A stretch of 64,000 bases of DNA from the human T2T-CHM13v2.0 reference genome, Homo sapiens. Numbering within the stretch: position 1 is the stretch's first letter; each line of letters starts with the position of its first letter. A program made the position numbers and the translations under genes. The notes beneath the pieces were generated by a model that searched no databases, was not told the DNA's origin, and saw nothing but the letters and a program-made list of their open reading frames with translations. This document shows positions 1 through 12,963 of this stretch, in pieces. Where the stretch lies: assembly GCF_009914755.1 (NCBI RefSeq), contig NC_060942.1. One strand, 5' to 3'.

Positions 1-799
1 GCCACCTAGGCAGTGCTTCCTAGGGATGGCTATCATCAGCAGAACAGGTGCTTAAAAGCCACACTCTGAGGTTTTCAGATATTCTAGTTGTTGCTCTGCT
101 TATCTATAACTACCCAAGATTCAAACATTATGAGGAAGTTACTCACTGATTCTGGGTACAGGCCGCAAGTACTTCACTGGTCCCCATCCTGAAAAAGAAG
201 AGGAAAGAAATTCATATATTACCATCACATCCAAAGACATTTATAAAACTTTCTACACAAAGATGCCTCAAAGCCTCTCATATTTTATTTGTAACAAGGA
301 AAATGATGGGAAGGGAGAGGGTCATGAAATAAAATGTGTCATCCCCTGTGTTTCTGGCCTGATTAAGCTTGGTGTCACTTATTAGGAAACCTGGCATTAC
401 CATGAAAATTTGGTATAGAAAAGCCTGGGCTTTGAGCCTGTACTCTTTATGGCAGGGAAATGGAGCCAGGGACTGGGGGGTGGGTAGCATTGGAAAATGA
501 CCATCACAAGGAAGACAATTTCCTTTGATTCTCAGCATTCCATCCCATAACAGATCAATGTGCTAATATACAATAATATTTTCATTTATTAATAAAATCT
601 TTGTGTAAAATTGAGTACTTGGGCTCGATGTCTTTGGGTGAAATTGAGATAGAGATGCCATGTACAGCTCCTGGCATTATTAGTGACCCACTATTGGATG
701 CCTTAGTTTGGGAAGCTTGGAAGAGTAAATGAACAGAAAGCTAGGATAAAAAAGAGGGCTCTGAGGCAAGCAACCCCACGGATATTTAAATTATCCAGA

Positions 800-2250
800 A
801 CGAATGAAAGTTTATTCTGTAGTAAACAGCTATAAGAAAGAAATCTTAAGGTTTTCCTTGAACGGGTGATTTTTCATGGTGATTACCAAGGGCATCTTTC
901 TGCCAGATGAAGTTGGCCTACTGTAACATAGTATATTTCTTCTGGCCTAGTCACCTATGGGGAGAGAAGAGCCTCAGTTCCTTCTGAGAACAATCTTACA
1001 GAGCAGTAAGAATGTAATTATATGACTACTTAGTTTTTGGCTTTTTGGGTTACATGGTTCCATTTCTTTCCTTTAAAACATTATATATATATATGTATAT
1101 ATATAATATGTATAATACAACATATTATAACATATATACTATATGTCATACCATATATTTTATATAATATATAACTATAATGAAATATATATTATATAAT
1201 ACACTTACATATATTATATATTAATATATATTCTATTCTGTATTTTATAAATATATAGGTAATGTTTTGCTCTCTGCATGCCTTTTAAAAAATATCTTTC
1301 AACATATGTTGACTAAAACTTGAATGAGTACTAAAGGATGGTGTGGCTTAAGCAATGGTAGGATTAATTGTCTGTCCTGCTAGCCTGCCTCATTTAAATC
1401 ACCTAGTCTCAGTGTGACTCATTTATAATATTGCTTTGCTAACCCTAATTGAGATAAAAATCTTATTGGTACTTGTCTTTTAAGTTATTTTTTAGCAAAT
1501 TTCACGTGTGCCAAAAAATACCAGTTTACACTTGCATCAATGATATGCTATTCTGTTTTTAGAATGATTTAAAGCATATATCCAAGGGCATTTTTAATTG
1601 TCTTGTTATGAACTTCCTGGTGTAAGGTACTGGCCATTCTACTTGATTTAGTAATATCTGCATTTTGGAGGCAGGTATTTATGAGTCATATAGCTCATCA
1701 GTAAGTCACAGGTCCTTCAGTACAACTGATCCCCAGGGGCTGGACCTGGATATGTAATGCATTGCTCCCACCCAATTTATTGTAATTGCAACTCTATATT
1801 TACCTGTTCACCCAGGTAATGGTAGCATGATTAAGGTCACACTATCATGGCTTAGTGATAAGAATATTGTTTAGACTAGAACAAAATCTTCCTCCACACA
1901 AAATTGATTATTTCTAGCATATTATCATTATTTATGCAGGCTGTCACTGAATCAAGGAAGGAAGTTAAATTGGTGTGGAAAAACTGGTTATTCAAAAAAT
2001 CTGCTTCTTTATATCCTACAATATTCTGGTAAGTTGCTTATTGATTGTATGAGAGATTGTTCTCATCAAATATTGCTTTTAAGCTATCTGACTTATAACA
2101 ATCAAGTCATTTCCTTAAAAAATGTGGACATGATAGGCTCTTTCCTCCATCTCCATGATGGCTCAAATATGAAGGTTGTGCAAATCTGGCAATTTCTTAA
2201 GGATGTCTGGAGACCTGATATTAGGGCATTACAATGAGAGTACACTCAGG
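800..2250 (-). mobile_element. Ancient CR1/L3 LINE fossil (RT domain and 3' region), interrupted by a TA-rich tract
   Basis: Minus-strand translation gives collinear CR1 RT motifs: RWRKEPIMSTFFK (~DWRRANVVPIFKK), YKSDSLKAI (~YRPVSLTSI), HTNLTSFLDSVTACINNDNMLEII (~TNLISFFDRVTRLVDQGNAVDIV, ~1905-1977), CDLNHATITWV, PWGSVV (~PQGSVL), NADITK (~FADDTK). Confidence 0.75.
1081..1258. repeat. (TA)n-rich low-complexity tract
   Basis: Degenerate tatata/ataata runs. Confidence 0.85.
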
Positions 2251-3599
2251 TATTGGTAATTCTTCCCTGGTCTAGTTTGTCCCTCCACACATCATGGATG
2301 GAAGTATACTAGTTAGATAAATGCCGTTCTCCCCCACTATAGTAAACTTATTGAACACTGGGATGATCCAGTCTGGTTCCTCTTTTTAACTTCTCTGAAC
2401 CTAGTTTAGTCTTATGCATATATATTGAATTAACCTAAATTTCTGAAAGAGCTATTTCTGTAAGCATCGATTAAATGATAGGGAAATAAATACAATTTAT
2501 TTTTTATCTTTTGAATTGTCTCCTAAGGAAAAGTATCCTCTCCCACATCTCAATAATAGTAATATAGTATATAGCTCTTTAAAGGCTTTAACTATATCTT
2601 TTAAATCATTGTTATTTTTCTGTATATTTGTACATAATAAATATGTAGGATGTTGGGCTCAGTCCATACAATCAATATAGACTGACTGACTAGCTACAAG
2701 ATCATGTACTGAATAGCTATGCATATTCTTCCATGGTTAACTGTGAAAATAACTTGAAACCCCAACAATGGGGATTGCTTCACAAACAGAAATTAATTGG
2801 GTTTGGCCAGAGCCACTAAAATTAATGAGTTTAAACCTCACATCCAGTATATCTGTTCTTATATTGTGTTTAGAAGATTGAAAAAGAATTAAGACTTAAT
2901 TTAGATAATCAAATAAAATAGGATCTTTGCCTTTCATTCCATAACTTATTCTGATCATCGTTTTTTGTGGTGAAGCATGTTTTACCTCTTGAAACTTGGC
3001 ATAAACATCATAATAAGTGAATAGGTCTAGAGCTTTGATGAAAATTTAATTTTTTTAAAAATTAGCATTTCACTGATCCTTATCCTGAGGGTTGGAGAGC
3101 TTCACACAGCACTGAGCCAGGTAGAGCTCACACTCAAGTGAGAGAACACAAATACAACCATGGTGTACTTTTCTCAAAGAATTCAAAATAATTCTTCTGG
3201 CCATGTGATAAATTAATTTAGTTGTTTGTCATCATCCTTATCTAACTGAGAATACAAGGATAGGAAAAGGTTAGAGAGCTTCCTAAGGCTATGTGGCAGT
3301 TTGTTGTTAAAGTTGAAATAGGGTTACATTTGGAATGCCAAGGCTTTATTTTCAATAATGAATCAGGATTTGTTTTTCCAGCTAAACTTTGTAGATATTT
3401 GATCATCAATATCCTCTTAATTTTACACACAGATATTTGGATGCAAAGAAAAAAATAATCACAGTGAAGTTTAGGTCCTTTGGTTGCTGGGTTTAAAAGT
3501 TTATCCCAATATTTTCTTTTGAAAGATTGATTTGGTCTCACCTTGCCTTTTGTTTTATCTTTTCTTTTAAAATCGCCTGGATGCGCCATTATTAAATGA

Positions 3600-3720
3600 A
3601 TAATAACCACAATAACAGCTAACATGGATTGAATGCTTATTAAATATCAGACATGCTGCTGAGTGCGTTATGTGAACCTTATCTAATTTAGTATCATAAG
3701 AATCCCATGGAAATACTACC
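3600..3720 (-). mobile_element. MIR fragment
   Basis: ataacagctaacatggattgaatgcttatta...tgctgctgagtgcgtta resembles the antisense MIR 3' end. Confidence 0.55.
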
Positions 3721-3920
3721 AGGATTTCTGCATATAGAATATAGCCACATATTTCCAGTTCTGCATTTTCTTACATAAACTACACCCATAATCATCATGT
3801 ATATTTCTCAGTTTCTGTTTCATTAAAGTAGATTGAAAAAGGCACAAAGCAGAATCCTTTTAGATTTAAGTTTTTCCCCAATATTTTACCACTATCTAGC
3901 TCACATATAATTCTATAGCC

Positions 3921-4244
3921 TTTATTTTATTTTATTTTGTATTTTTTTGAGACAGAGTCTTGCTCTGTTGCCCAAGCAGGAATGCAGTGGCGCGATCTCG
4001 GCTCACTGCAACCTCCTCCCACTGCAACCTCTGCCTCCTGGGTTCAAGCGATTCTCCTGCCTCAGCCTCCTGAGTAGCTGGGATTACAGGCATGTGCCAC
4101 CATGCCCAGCTAATTTTTGTATTTTTAGTGGAGATGGATTTTCACCATGTTGGTCAGGCTAGTCTCAAACTCTTGACCTTGTGATCTGCCTGCCTCAGCC
4201 TCCCAAAGTGCTGGGATTACAGATGTGAGCCACCATGCTCGGCC
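3921..4244 (-). mobile_element. Full-length AluS (Sg-like)
   Basis: Antisense Alu dimer with T-rich tail; TSD tatagccttt (3914-3923 / 4247-4256); small internal duplication of cactgcaacctc at 4004-4031. Confidence 0.95.
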
Positions 4245-4586
4245 TATATAGCCTTTTATTTTTAGTAACTCAATTTTATTGAGTCTTTACAAAACATTTT
4301 AATAGAAATAGCAGTTCTCTTCTACACACCCATATATCATTGGTTTACATAATTATCATTGAATAATTATATGAACTAGCAAAACTGGCACAGCACATCT
4401 GGGTACAAACACCACTGACGCTTGGTCCACATACATCTCCACAGGAGGGATCAGGAGTTTACAGGCGGGCTAGAGGGCATCCGGTACTGAGGTGGCTGTG
4501 AACATCAGTCGATAGGATATAATGAGAGAACGGACAGAGTTGCTTAATCAGGCAAATCACTTAGGAGGCCAGTAAAAGTAACTTCT

Positions 4587-4878
4587 TTTTTTTTTTGAGA
4601 TGGAGTCTCGCTCAGTCGCCCAGGCTGGAGTGCAGTAGCACGATCTCGGCTCACGGCAAGCTCTGCCTTCCGGGTTCACGCCGTTCTCCTGCCTCAGCCT
4701 CCTGAGTAGCTGGGACTACAGGCGCCCACCACCAGGCCCGGCTACTTTTTTTGTATTTTTAGTACAGAGGTGGTTTCACCATGTTAGCCAGGATGGTCTC
4801 AATCTCCTGACCTCGTGATCCGCCCGTCTCAGCCTCCCAAAGTGCTGGGATTACAGGCGCGAGCCACTGTGCCTGGCC
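4587..4878 (-). mobile_element. Full-length AluY
   Basis: AluY diagnostics (gcaagctc, ttcacgcc, ttagccaggatggtctc, gacctcgtgatcc), many CpGs retained; exact 16-bp TSD agtaaaagtaacttct (4571-4586 / 4879-4894). Confidence 0.97.
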
Positions 4879-5549
4879 AGTAAAAGTAACTTCTATTGTA
4901 TTTTATACTTTAACTATGTATGCATTTGATAAAATTCATTACTTTGATAAAATTATTAAAACGTTTAAAATGGAAGGACAAGGAGGAAGAGCATGAGTTT
5001 AGGTATCCTATCCAAGATTGCAAAACTAGTGGTGGAACTAGAATTTGACGCCTGAATTTGGCCTCCAAGTCTAGAATTCTTTTGCTCCCTCCCATTATGC
5101 GTTAGGACAGGGATGATTGTGGTGGGTTGGGTGTGCTGCTGCAGACCAGAAAGGGGGCTCAAGACAGTTCTCCTGGTCAGCAGGAGAACAGAGCAAAAGA
5201 AGATAGAAGAAACCACAAAGTGATTAAATAGTTTTAGAAAAAAGACAATTCTTGCAAAAGAAGAGCACTCTGATTCTGTTTTCCTTGAGTTAACCCATGT
5301 ATTTCTTGACTTTGTACCTCACTGGTTCAAAACAAAAGGGTTTTAGCATACAAATTTTGCTAATAGAACTGGTTTTTCTAACTCTAAAATTGAGGAAATC
5401 TTGAAAGGGCATCGCGTCTCTCCAGCAAACAGTAACAACACAGAAGAACCCATGATGCAATGGTCCCATGGGGAACCAAGGAACCAAGGGTGGGATAAAG
5501 CTTAAGGAAATTTGTGACCAAAAATAGCAACTGTACTTCAAATGAAGTA

Positions 5550-5883
5550 CAGTTGTCTCTTGGTATCTGTGGCAGATTGGTTCTGGGGCACCCTGCAAAC
5601 ACCAAAATCTGTGAATACTCAAGTCCTTGATATATATCATGTGCATATCACCTATGCACATTCTCCCATATACTTTAAATCATCTCTGGAGTATTTATAA
5701 CACCTAATACAATATAAATGCTATGTTCATAGTTGTGATATGGTATTGTTTAGGAAATGACAAGAAAAAAGAGTCTGCAGTTATTGAGTACAGACGCAAC
5801 CATGTTTTTTCCCCCAAATATTTTAAATCCACGTATGATGGTATCCATGGATGCAGAAACCGACATACATGAAGGGCTGATTG
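5550..5883 (+). mobile_element. MER2 (TcMar-Tigger non-autonomous DNA transposon)
   Basis: cagttgtctcttggtatctgtgg...gaagggctgattg termini, TA on both sides (5548-5549, 5884-5885), ~335 bp. Confidence 0.88.
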
Positions 5884-7129
5884 TAATTTGAATCTCATCA
5901 TCCACCTTTTTCTAATCTTTGGGTTTCATATGTTCTATTTCCATCAAGTCCTTCTTTAGGTAATACTATTTAAGCACCAGTTTTGAAGAACTTCCTAGTC
6001 CCCTAGAAAGGATTTTGTAGTAGCTGTTTTAAAATGCCTGAGAATAGAATATTATGTTTTCCCATTAGGTATTAATGATTTCAGTTTATGTTAAATGCTT
6101 TCTCCGTTAATTTCCTTGGCACTTCCCAAGTTATTTCCTTCAAGAAGAAAATTTGAAAGGTACTCAGATTTCTATGACTTCACAAGGAATTCATAAAAAG
6201 GTCAAGCTCTCAAATGGCTATCCCTTCAATAAAATTATGTTAAATTGTTCAAAATGTTTGTACATGGGTCATCACTTTTATGGACTTTGAAAAATAGCTG
6301 TTTAGTTTTTAACCGATCTGGTTATAAAAGTAATTATTGCCATGATGTGGTTGAGATTGAAAACTTTCTTTTTATAAAATAGAATTCAGCTTAAATATCT
6401 TTTTGGAAGGAGATTACAAGCCATGGATTAATTATTTGATTAACATGAGTAAACAAGTAAAGAGTATATGAGTAGATGGCTTGTTTCATGATTTAAAGAT
6501 TGTAAAATTAGTTAATTAAAAGGAAACACAAGCTTAAAAGACGGCGAGATGCAAGATCAGTGTCTGAAATAAGTGCTTCTTTTCAGGATGCCCTGCATAA
6601 AGCCTTGCCTGTGCGGAGGCAGCTTCCTGTGCACTGCCGGCTGCCGGGTGTGCTTGTCCATGTGCCAGACCCCCTGTGCAGGAGAATCCAGCACTTTAGA
6701 GCACGCTTTGTGTAAAATAGAGTGAAAATCGAATCATATTCGGGGAGTGTCTGAGAGACAGGACTAGCTCAAGAGGCAGCCTCTAAAGTGAGAATAGCAC
6801 TGAAAAGGGGTGGAGGGCCTGATCCCAGGCCTGATTCTTCAGCGATCTCATGGGAAACCCATTCATTCAGCTTCTCTGAGCCCTCATTCCCTCACCTTCA
6901 CCTATACAATGCTTTAATGTCCACTTCAGCCTTGAGATTCTAGGAAATAGGGCAAAAACAAACAAACAAGCTCTTCATTATCATGCAATCATCAAGATTT
7001 TCCTGTTTATATTGTATTTAATAGTCCACCCCACCCCCATCCCATAAGTGTTCTCATATGTGTTACTTCATGTAATTCTCACAACAGTTTCCCAAGTATG
7101 GTGGGCTTACTGGCTGGCATGGTAGCCTG

Positions 7130-7860
7130 CCTTAATCTTGCCATACTATTTCTCTCTCTCAATTATTTCACTCTCACCTATACTTGATTCAGTTCCAAAT
7201 ATTTATGCAATCTTCGCTTTGACCTCTCCTGAACTTCAATTCTGCTTCTTCAAATTCTAGCTTCCACATCAGTGTCCCATTGTTGCCTCAAGTGCAGCTG
7301 GACTTGAATGAAACTTGTAATCCTGGTCCCCAAACCACCCACCCCTCTGAACTTGCACAAGTGTCTATTATATGGACACTTCTTCCTGCCATTCCGGCAT
7401 GCAGCTTTGACATATCCCCCCACCATCTCCTCTCCCCAACACTTGCTTCCAGCCACCTTTTGATCCTTTCTTTCTATATCTCATAATCATTCTTTTTAGC
7501 TTTTCAGCGCTGCAGCATTCTGGCCAAGGTCCTTAGCACATCAAATTACAACTGTCTGCAAGCTGGTATCCCTGGCTTCAGCATCCATTTTCATCTTAAT
7601 TTATCCAATGAATTGTTTTAAAAATTGTTTTTCCTATGCTACACTCCTCTCCAAAAACCTTGCTTTTTCCTTTCACTGTTACAGGATCCAGTATAACTGC
7701 ATTAAATACAATCTCTGCTTCCCTGTGTAACTCAGAATTCTCTACAAATTCTGAAAGTCCCCTGAATAGGCCACTTCTAATCCCAAGCTTGAAACAGCCC
7801 TCATCCTTCTGTTTGAAAAATTCATATAGATTCTTCAAGATCTAAGATGGTTTCTTCTCT
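7130..7860 (+). mobile_element. L2 fragment
   Basis: C/T-rich L2 3'-region motifs (gacctctcctgaacttcaa, ttcttcaagatctaa). Confidence 0.6.
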
Positions 7861-7899
7861 CAGTTTCAGAGTGGCCATCCTCTGAACTACAGCAGGCAT

Positions 7900-8140
7900 T
7901 GCTCGTTGGGAGGAAGGCAACGGCACAGGCATGAGCAGCATGCCAGGCCAAGCCCTTTATATATACATGAACTCATCTGCTCTTAACCTTACCACGCATG
8001 CATCATCACTGTCCCTACTTTAGAGGAGCAAATGTGGCTCAGAGAGGTTAATAACTTGTCTAGGTCACAGATTTGCCAAGTGCTGGACCCAAATCTTGGT
8101 GGTCGGGCCATAGAGTTTGTGCTTCTAACCTTTACACCAC
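7900..8140 (-). mobile_element. MIR
   Basis: MIR core ggctcagagaggttaataacttgtctaggtcacag. Confidence 0.75.
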
Positions 8141-8699
8141 ACGATCTATCAAAGCTTCTGTTGCTCTAAAAATCCTTTTGTGCCACTGGTCTCTAGCATT
8201 TGCAAGCTCCTTAAGGGAAGGCTCTTTGTCTCTGTGCTCTGTAGCCTGTGACTGGCACACAGAAACACCCCGTATGTGAAGCCTTAGAGGTCCAGAGATG
8301 GAGTTTAGCAGTAGAAACAAGAGCAAACCCCTGACAGTGTCTCTGGGCTCAAAACACACAGAGACATACACCTTCCTTCTTGATCTTTCCTCTACTCTGA
8401 CAAAAGTGCTGACTGCATATTTCATAGATCAGAAAAAGAGTAATACTACTAATAAAAATACCCGATACATTTCCACATTTCAGAATGTGGGCCAGATAAT
8501 GAAGAAAGGTCTTTGAACAGTACAGCCTCCGTCCTTCCCTCTCTTCCTTCTTTTCTTCCTTCTTTTGTCACTTGCTCAACAAACATTTGTTTTATGCACA
8601 CCCTGTGCCAGAACAACGCACCTCAGGGTTTGTTACTAATGGTTTCTACTGAGCTGCTAAAAGACAGAGCCAAGTGATATTAGGTGATTACCAAAAGCA

Positions 8700-8935
8700 A
8701 CAAAAAAATTGCTAAAATGTATTGTGAGCATACCACCAGGTAGACATTAGGCAAGGGCTTGGCAGATATTATCTCACTTAATCCTTATTAAAACTCTATG
8801 AGATAAAAAGATTATTATCTCCATTTTACATATAAGGTGAGAAAGGTGAAGGTCATAGGACTCATAAGGGACAAGCAAGGATTCTAGTTTGGGTAGTTTG
8901 AAACGAGAGCCTGCACTCTTACCCTTTACACTTGA
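8700..8935 (-). mobile_element. MIR
   Basis: ctcacttaatcctta...attattatctccatttta...gcctgcactcttacc. Confidence 0.7.
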
Positions 8936-9579
8936 CTTCCGCCAGAAGTAGATACAGCTTTGCAACATACCAGAGGCATATTTAAAATTAGTTTCATATC
9001 CTTTGAAAATAGCTCCATAAACAGTATCAGGGTACAACAGGAATGCCTCCACTATCATCACACACTTTACCTGAAAGCAGGTGTTCCCAGGGCTTTATTC
9101 AATTCATTTGTAAAATTAAAAATTAGCACCAAGCAATCTCCAGAATTCCTCCCAGACACAGACCTTGTATTATTCCAGAAAGGCAGCTGTTGGGCAGTGA
9201 GTGTTCACTAATCTTGGAGTCAGAATGAGGTTTCTTTGAATAGCCCAGCACCCTTGCTATCAGTTCCTGTCACCGTGGTTTGTACCTATTACTTCCAGTT
9301 TGTCATCTGCTGTCCTCAACTGTCTGGTAGACAATCACCCAACCCAAATAATCACCTGGATATACAGTGGTCTGTCCTTTACCCCACCCCTTTCATACAC
9401 GCAGTTCAAGATCAACGTCTCAGTTTCTGAGTTCTTTATCATCCTGCTCTGTGGTTGCAGGTTTTGCTCTTTGGATGTGAGACTTGCCCTTATGTCCAAT
9501 ATTTCCTAGTTGCAGGTCCTGGCTGAAGAGGAGCTACTTCTGATAAAATGATGCATCTGATTTGGAAGGATGTTTGCGT

Positions 9580-10880
9580 CATTCCCTCCCTTCTCTTTTT
9601 CTCATTTTCAAGATTGCTTTGCTCACCAGCATGACACACATCAAGCTTTTTCTTTTGATCTGAAATAAAGTCTCTTTTTGTTTTTTATGCTATGGGCCTT
9701 TTCTGGGTAATCTCATTCATTTTGTTGGCTCTAATGACAACTATATTAGCACTGGTGACTCCTAAATTTCTGAACTGTATTTCTTACCTGAGCTCAAATA
9801 AGAATGTGCCCAGAGCACATGGCCTCAGGTTTTCCACGAGCACCAAAACAGAGCCTATCTAAATATGAAGTCCTCCTCTTCCCTTCCAAACATGCTCCGG
9901 CTCCTGTGCCGCCTCTCAGGGAATGTGGCACTCAGTCACTCAAATCAGGGGCCTTGGAATTCCTCTTGCATTCCTCCATTACTTACATGTCATCGATAAC
10001 CAAGTCCTGTTCATTCCTTCTTCAAACATTTCTCAAATCCACCCACTCCCCCATCCGCACTGCTGCTTCCCTGTTTCTAACCTAGATAATTGCAGTAGAT
10101 ATCCAAGAAGCATCATTGCTTTGGTAGCTAACAGTCATTTCAAATTTAAGATAAATAAAATAGAAATCTCCTTTTATCCTCAGCCCCCCAAATGGATCCT
10201 CTTGTGTCTGCTGTATCTCAGCTAATAGTATTATTCACCAGCTTGTTCTCAGCTTAAATCTGGAGTCATCCTTTATCTCTGTTTTCGTATCCTTCCACAT
10301 CCACTCTATCAGCATGTGCTGTCAGTTTTACTTCTAAAATCCTTCCTAAATCTGACAGCATCTCATTATTTCTACTGAAACCACCTTGGTCTCGGCCACT
10401 TCATTTTTCTCCTGGTTTACTTTAACAGCTTTCTTAAATGGGCTCCCTATCTCCACTTTTTTCCTAAAATCCCACCTGTGTCAGAGAGCTTAAAAAAAAT
10501 TTCATTACCTGGCTTAAAATTGTCCAGTGTTTATTTTTTTCTCAATGCAATTATAATAAAATCCAAACTGCTTCCCACAGTCTATAAGGCCCCATGTAAG
10601 CTGCATGCTGCCACACGTTCACCTTTGCTCACCATGCTCCAGCCATGTCAACTTTCTTTCTTCTTCCTCAACCCACCAAGCTTGCCCTGCCTCAGGGCCT
10701 TTGCACTCTTCTCTCAGATCTGCTCAAGGCTGGTTCCTTCATATCACTCAGGATTTAGCTCAAATGCCTCCTCCTCAGAGAAGTCTTCCTCTCCCATTCT
10801 GGCTAATGTGATGCCTGTCTACAACTCCTCAGAATTTAATTTTATCTCTTCTGATGGGATAATTACCATAGACTGATGAA
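9580..10880 (+). mobile_element. Two adjacent or nested L2 fragments
   Basis: The same L2 consensus interval appears twice (~9580-10090 and ~10140-10880); cctgcctcagggcctttgcact and ctcaaatgcctcctcctcagagaagtcttcc are typical L2a motifs. Confidence 0.75.
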
Positions 10881-11004
10881 TGTGTGTGTTCTTTTTTAAC
10901 TAAAAAATTGAAAGTGGAAAAAGTTGAAAGCTTTTTTTCTTAAAATAGAAAAATACAGGCCTACTGAAGCAGGTTATTTAAAATTAGAGAAAAATAGTTT
11001 AATA

Positions 11005-12075
11005 TATCTCTTTGAGATGCTGAATTCAATTCTTTTGGCTCTACATACCCAGAAATGGGATGGCTGGATGATAAAGTAGCTCTATTTTTAATTTTTTGAG
11101 GAATTTCCATATGGTTTTCTACAATGGATGTACTAATTTACATTATCACCAACAGTGTATTAGGATTCCCTTTTCTCCACATCCTTGCCAACACTTGTTT
11201 TCTTTTCTCTTTTTGATGATAGCCATTCTGATAAGTGTGAGCTAATATGTCATTGTGGTTTTGATTTGCATTTCCCTGATGATTAGCGGTGTTGAATATA
11301 TTTTCATATACCTATTGGCCATTTGTATGCATTCTTTTGAGCAGTGTTTATTCAGGGTCTTTGTCCATTTTTAAATCATGGTTTTTGTTGTTATTTTTTG
11401 CTATGAAGTTGTATGCATTTCTTATATAATTGCAGCATTATTCAAAATAGCTAGGATATGGAAACAATCTAAATGTCTACCAACAGATAAATGGATAAAG
11501 AAAATGTGAGACGTGTGTTTGTGTGTGTATTCCATTGTTTATGTGTGCACATATATACATTTTATATATGTATATGTATTATATATGTGCACATATAATA
11601 TATAATGCATTATATATAATGCATACATAATGGAATATTATATAGCCTCAAAAAAAGAAGAAAATCCTGCCATTTGTGATGACGTGGATGGACTTGGAGG
11701 ACTTTATGTTCAGTAAAATAAGCCAGAGGCAGAAAGACAAATTCTACATAATCTCAATTATACGTATAATCTAAAATTGTTGAACTCATAGATATAATTA
11801 TGCAAGATGAATAAGTTCTAGAGCTCCAATGTAGAGCATGGTGACTATAGTTAACCACACTGTATTGTAAAATTTAAAATTTGCTGAGGGTAGATCATAA
11901 GTGTTCTCAACACACACACATGCAAAAGGTAATTATGTGAGGTGATGGATATGTTAATTAGTGTGATAATGGTGATTATTTAACAATGTATGCAAATATC
12001 AAAACATCAAATTGTACACCTTAGATATATATAATTTTGTCAATTATACCTCAATGAATTTGGAAAAAAATAAAA
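11005..12075 (+). mobile_element. L1MA9-like 3' end with 5' inversion
   Basis: Antisense ORF2 end at ~11005-11428, then sense from attgcagcattattcaaaatagc through an L1MA-type 3'UTR to caattatacctcaatgaa and an A tail. Confidence 0.85.
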
Positions 12076-12798
12076 ATATATAAAATGCTATATATATATC
12101 TATATTCATGTGCCAAATTCAAAAGTACACACCCTTTTTCCGAGTGTAACAGTACGTATGATATTATGAATGCAGACCGAATACAGACACTGGATGATTC
12201 AGGTTGGTGAAAAGAGAGCAAGGTGCATCAGCTCTTCCGATGGGACATGGAAGAAGCAAGAGTCCTGCTTCATAGGTAAGTCTCAAGGCTGAGGATAACT
12301 GGACTTCCACCTCTCCTTTATCTCCAGTTCAGGAAAGAAAGAAGGATGGACAATTAAAAAAAGAAACAAATATCTCTTGCTTGTCTAAACTGTCTGGAAG
12401 ACACAAACTGATGTGGCAATCCAACTAGACCTCTGGGAATACAATGTAACCTAGAATTAAATAACGTAACCTAGAATTACATTACAGGGTTTCTATAGAA
12501 GGAAATACAGAGGCACAGGTGCTGTGTTTTGTTTTTGTTTCCCAACATTTTGTTAAGATAATTTTCAAACATGCTGAAAAGTTGAAAAGCTTCATTTCTT
12601 AAGATCATATTTCTCCCACTTCAGGCAAAGCCAAGCAACATCAAAACTTCCTACCTGCCTAAGACCAGTATATTCTAAATCTCTAAGTGCCTGGGACCAA
12701 GGACTGGGCCACGACATGATTTTTGACATTTTGGTTACCTTTTTAGTGTGCTTATACCTGCAATGAGCCAATCACTCTTGCTAGATAGAAAGAGACTA

Positions 12799-12963
12799 TT
12801 TTTTTTAAAATTTTATTTTATGGTAAGAACGCAACATGAGAACTGCCCTTTTAACAGATTTTACATGTACGATACAGTATTGTGAACTGTAGGTATGATG
12901 CTGTCCAGTGGATCTCTAGAACTTATCAGGGGCTGCAGGGAGGAGGAAGTGGGGAGTTGCTAA
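12799..12963 (-). mobile_element. Very short L1MB1/MA10-like 3' end with ~36-bp inverted 5' piece
   Basis: Antisense 3'UTR (tggtaagaac...gatctctagaacttat) joined to the opposite-orientation upstream 3'UTR piece caggggctgcagggaggaggaagtggggagttgctaa. Confidence 0.7.

Noticed and set aside
3242-3625. 127-aa minus-strand ORF
   Set aside because: Starts in a MIR, AT-rich composition, no recognisable domain or splice context.
3947-4162. 71-aa ORF (similar ones at 13411, 14237 and 27277)
   Set aside because: Typical antisense-Alu translations.
10478-10876. 132-aa ORF
   Set aside because: Lies entirely within L2 sequence and has a non-ATG start.
12446-12479. 14-bp direct repeat gtaacctagaatta (similar small ones near 5472, 23312 and 35234)
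   Set aside because: Ordinary slippage microduplications.
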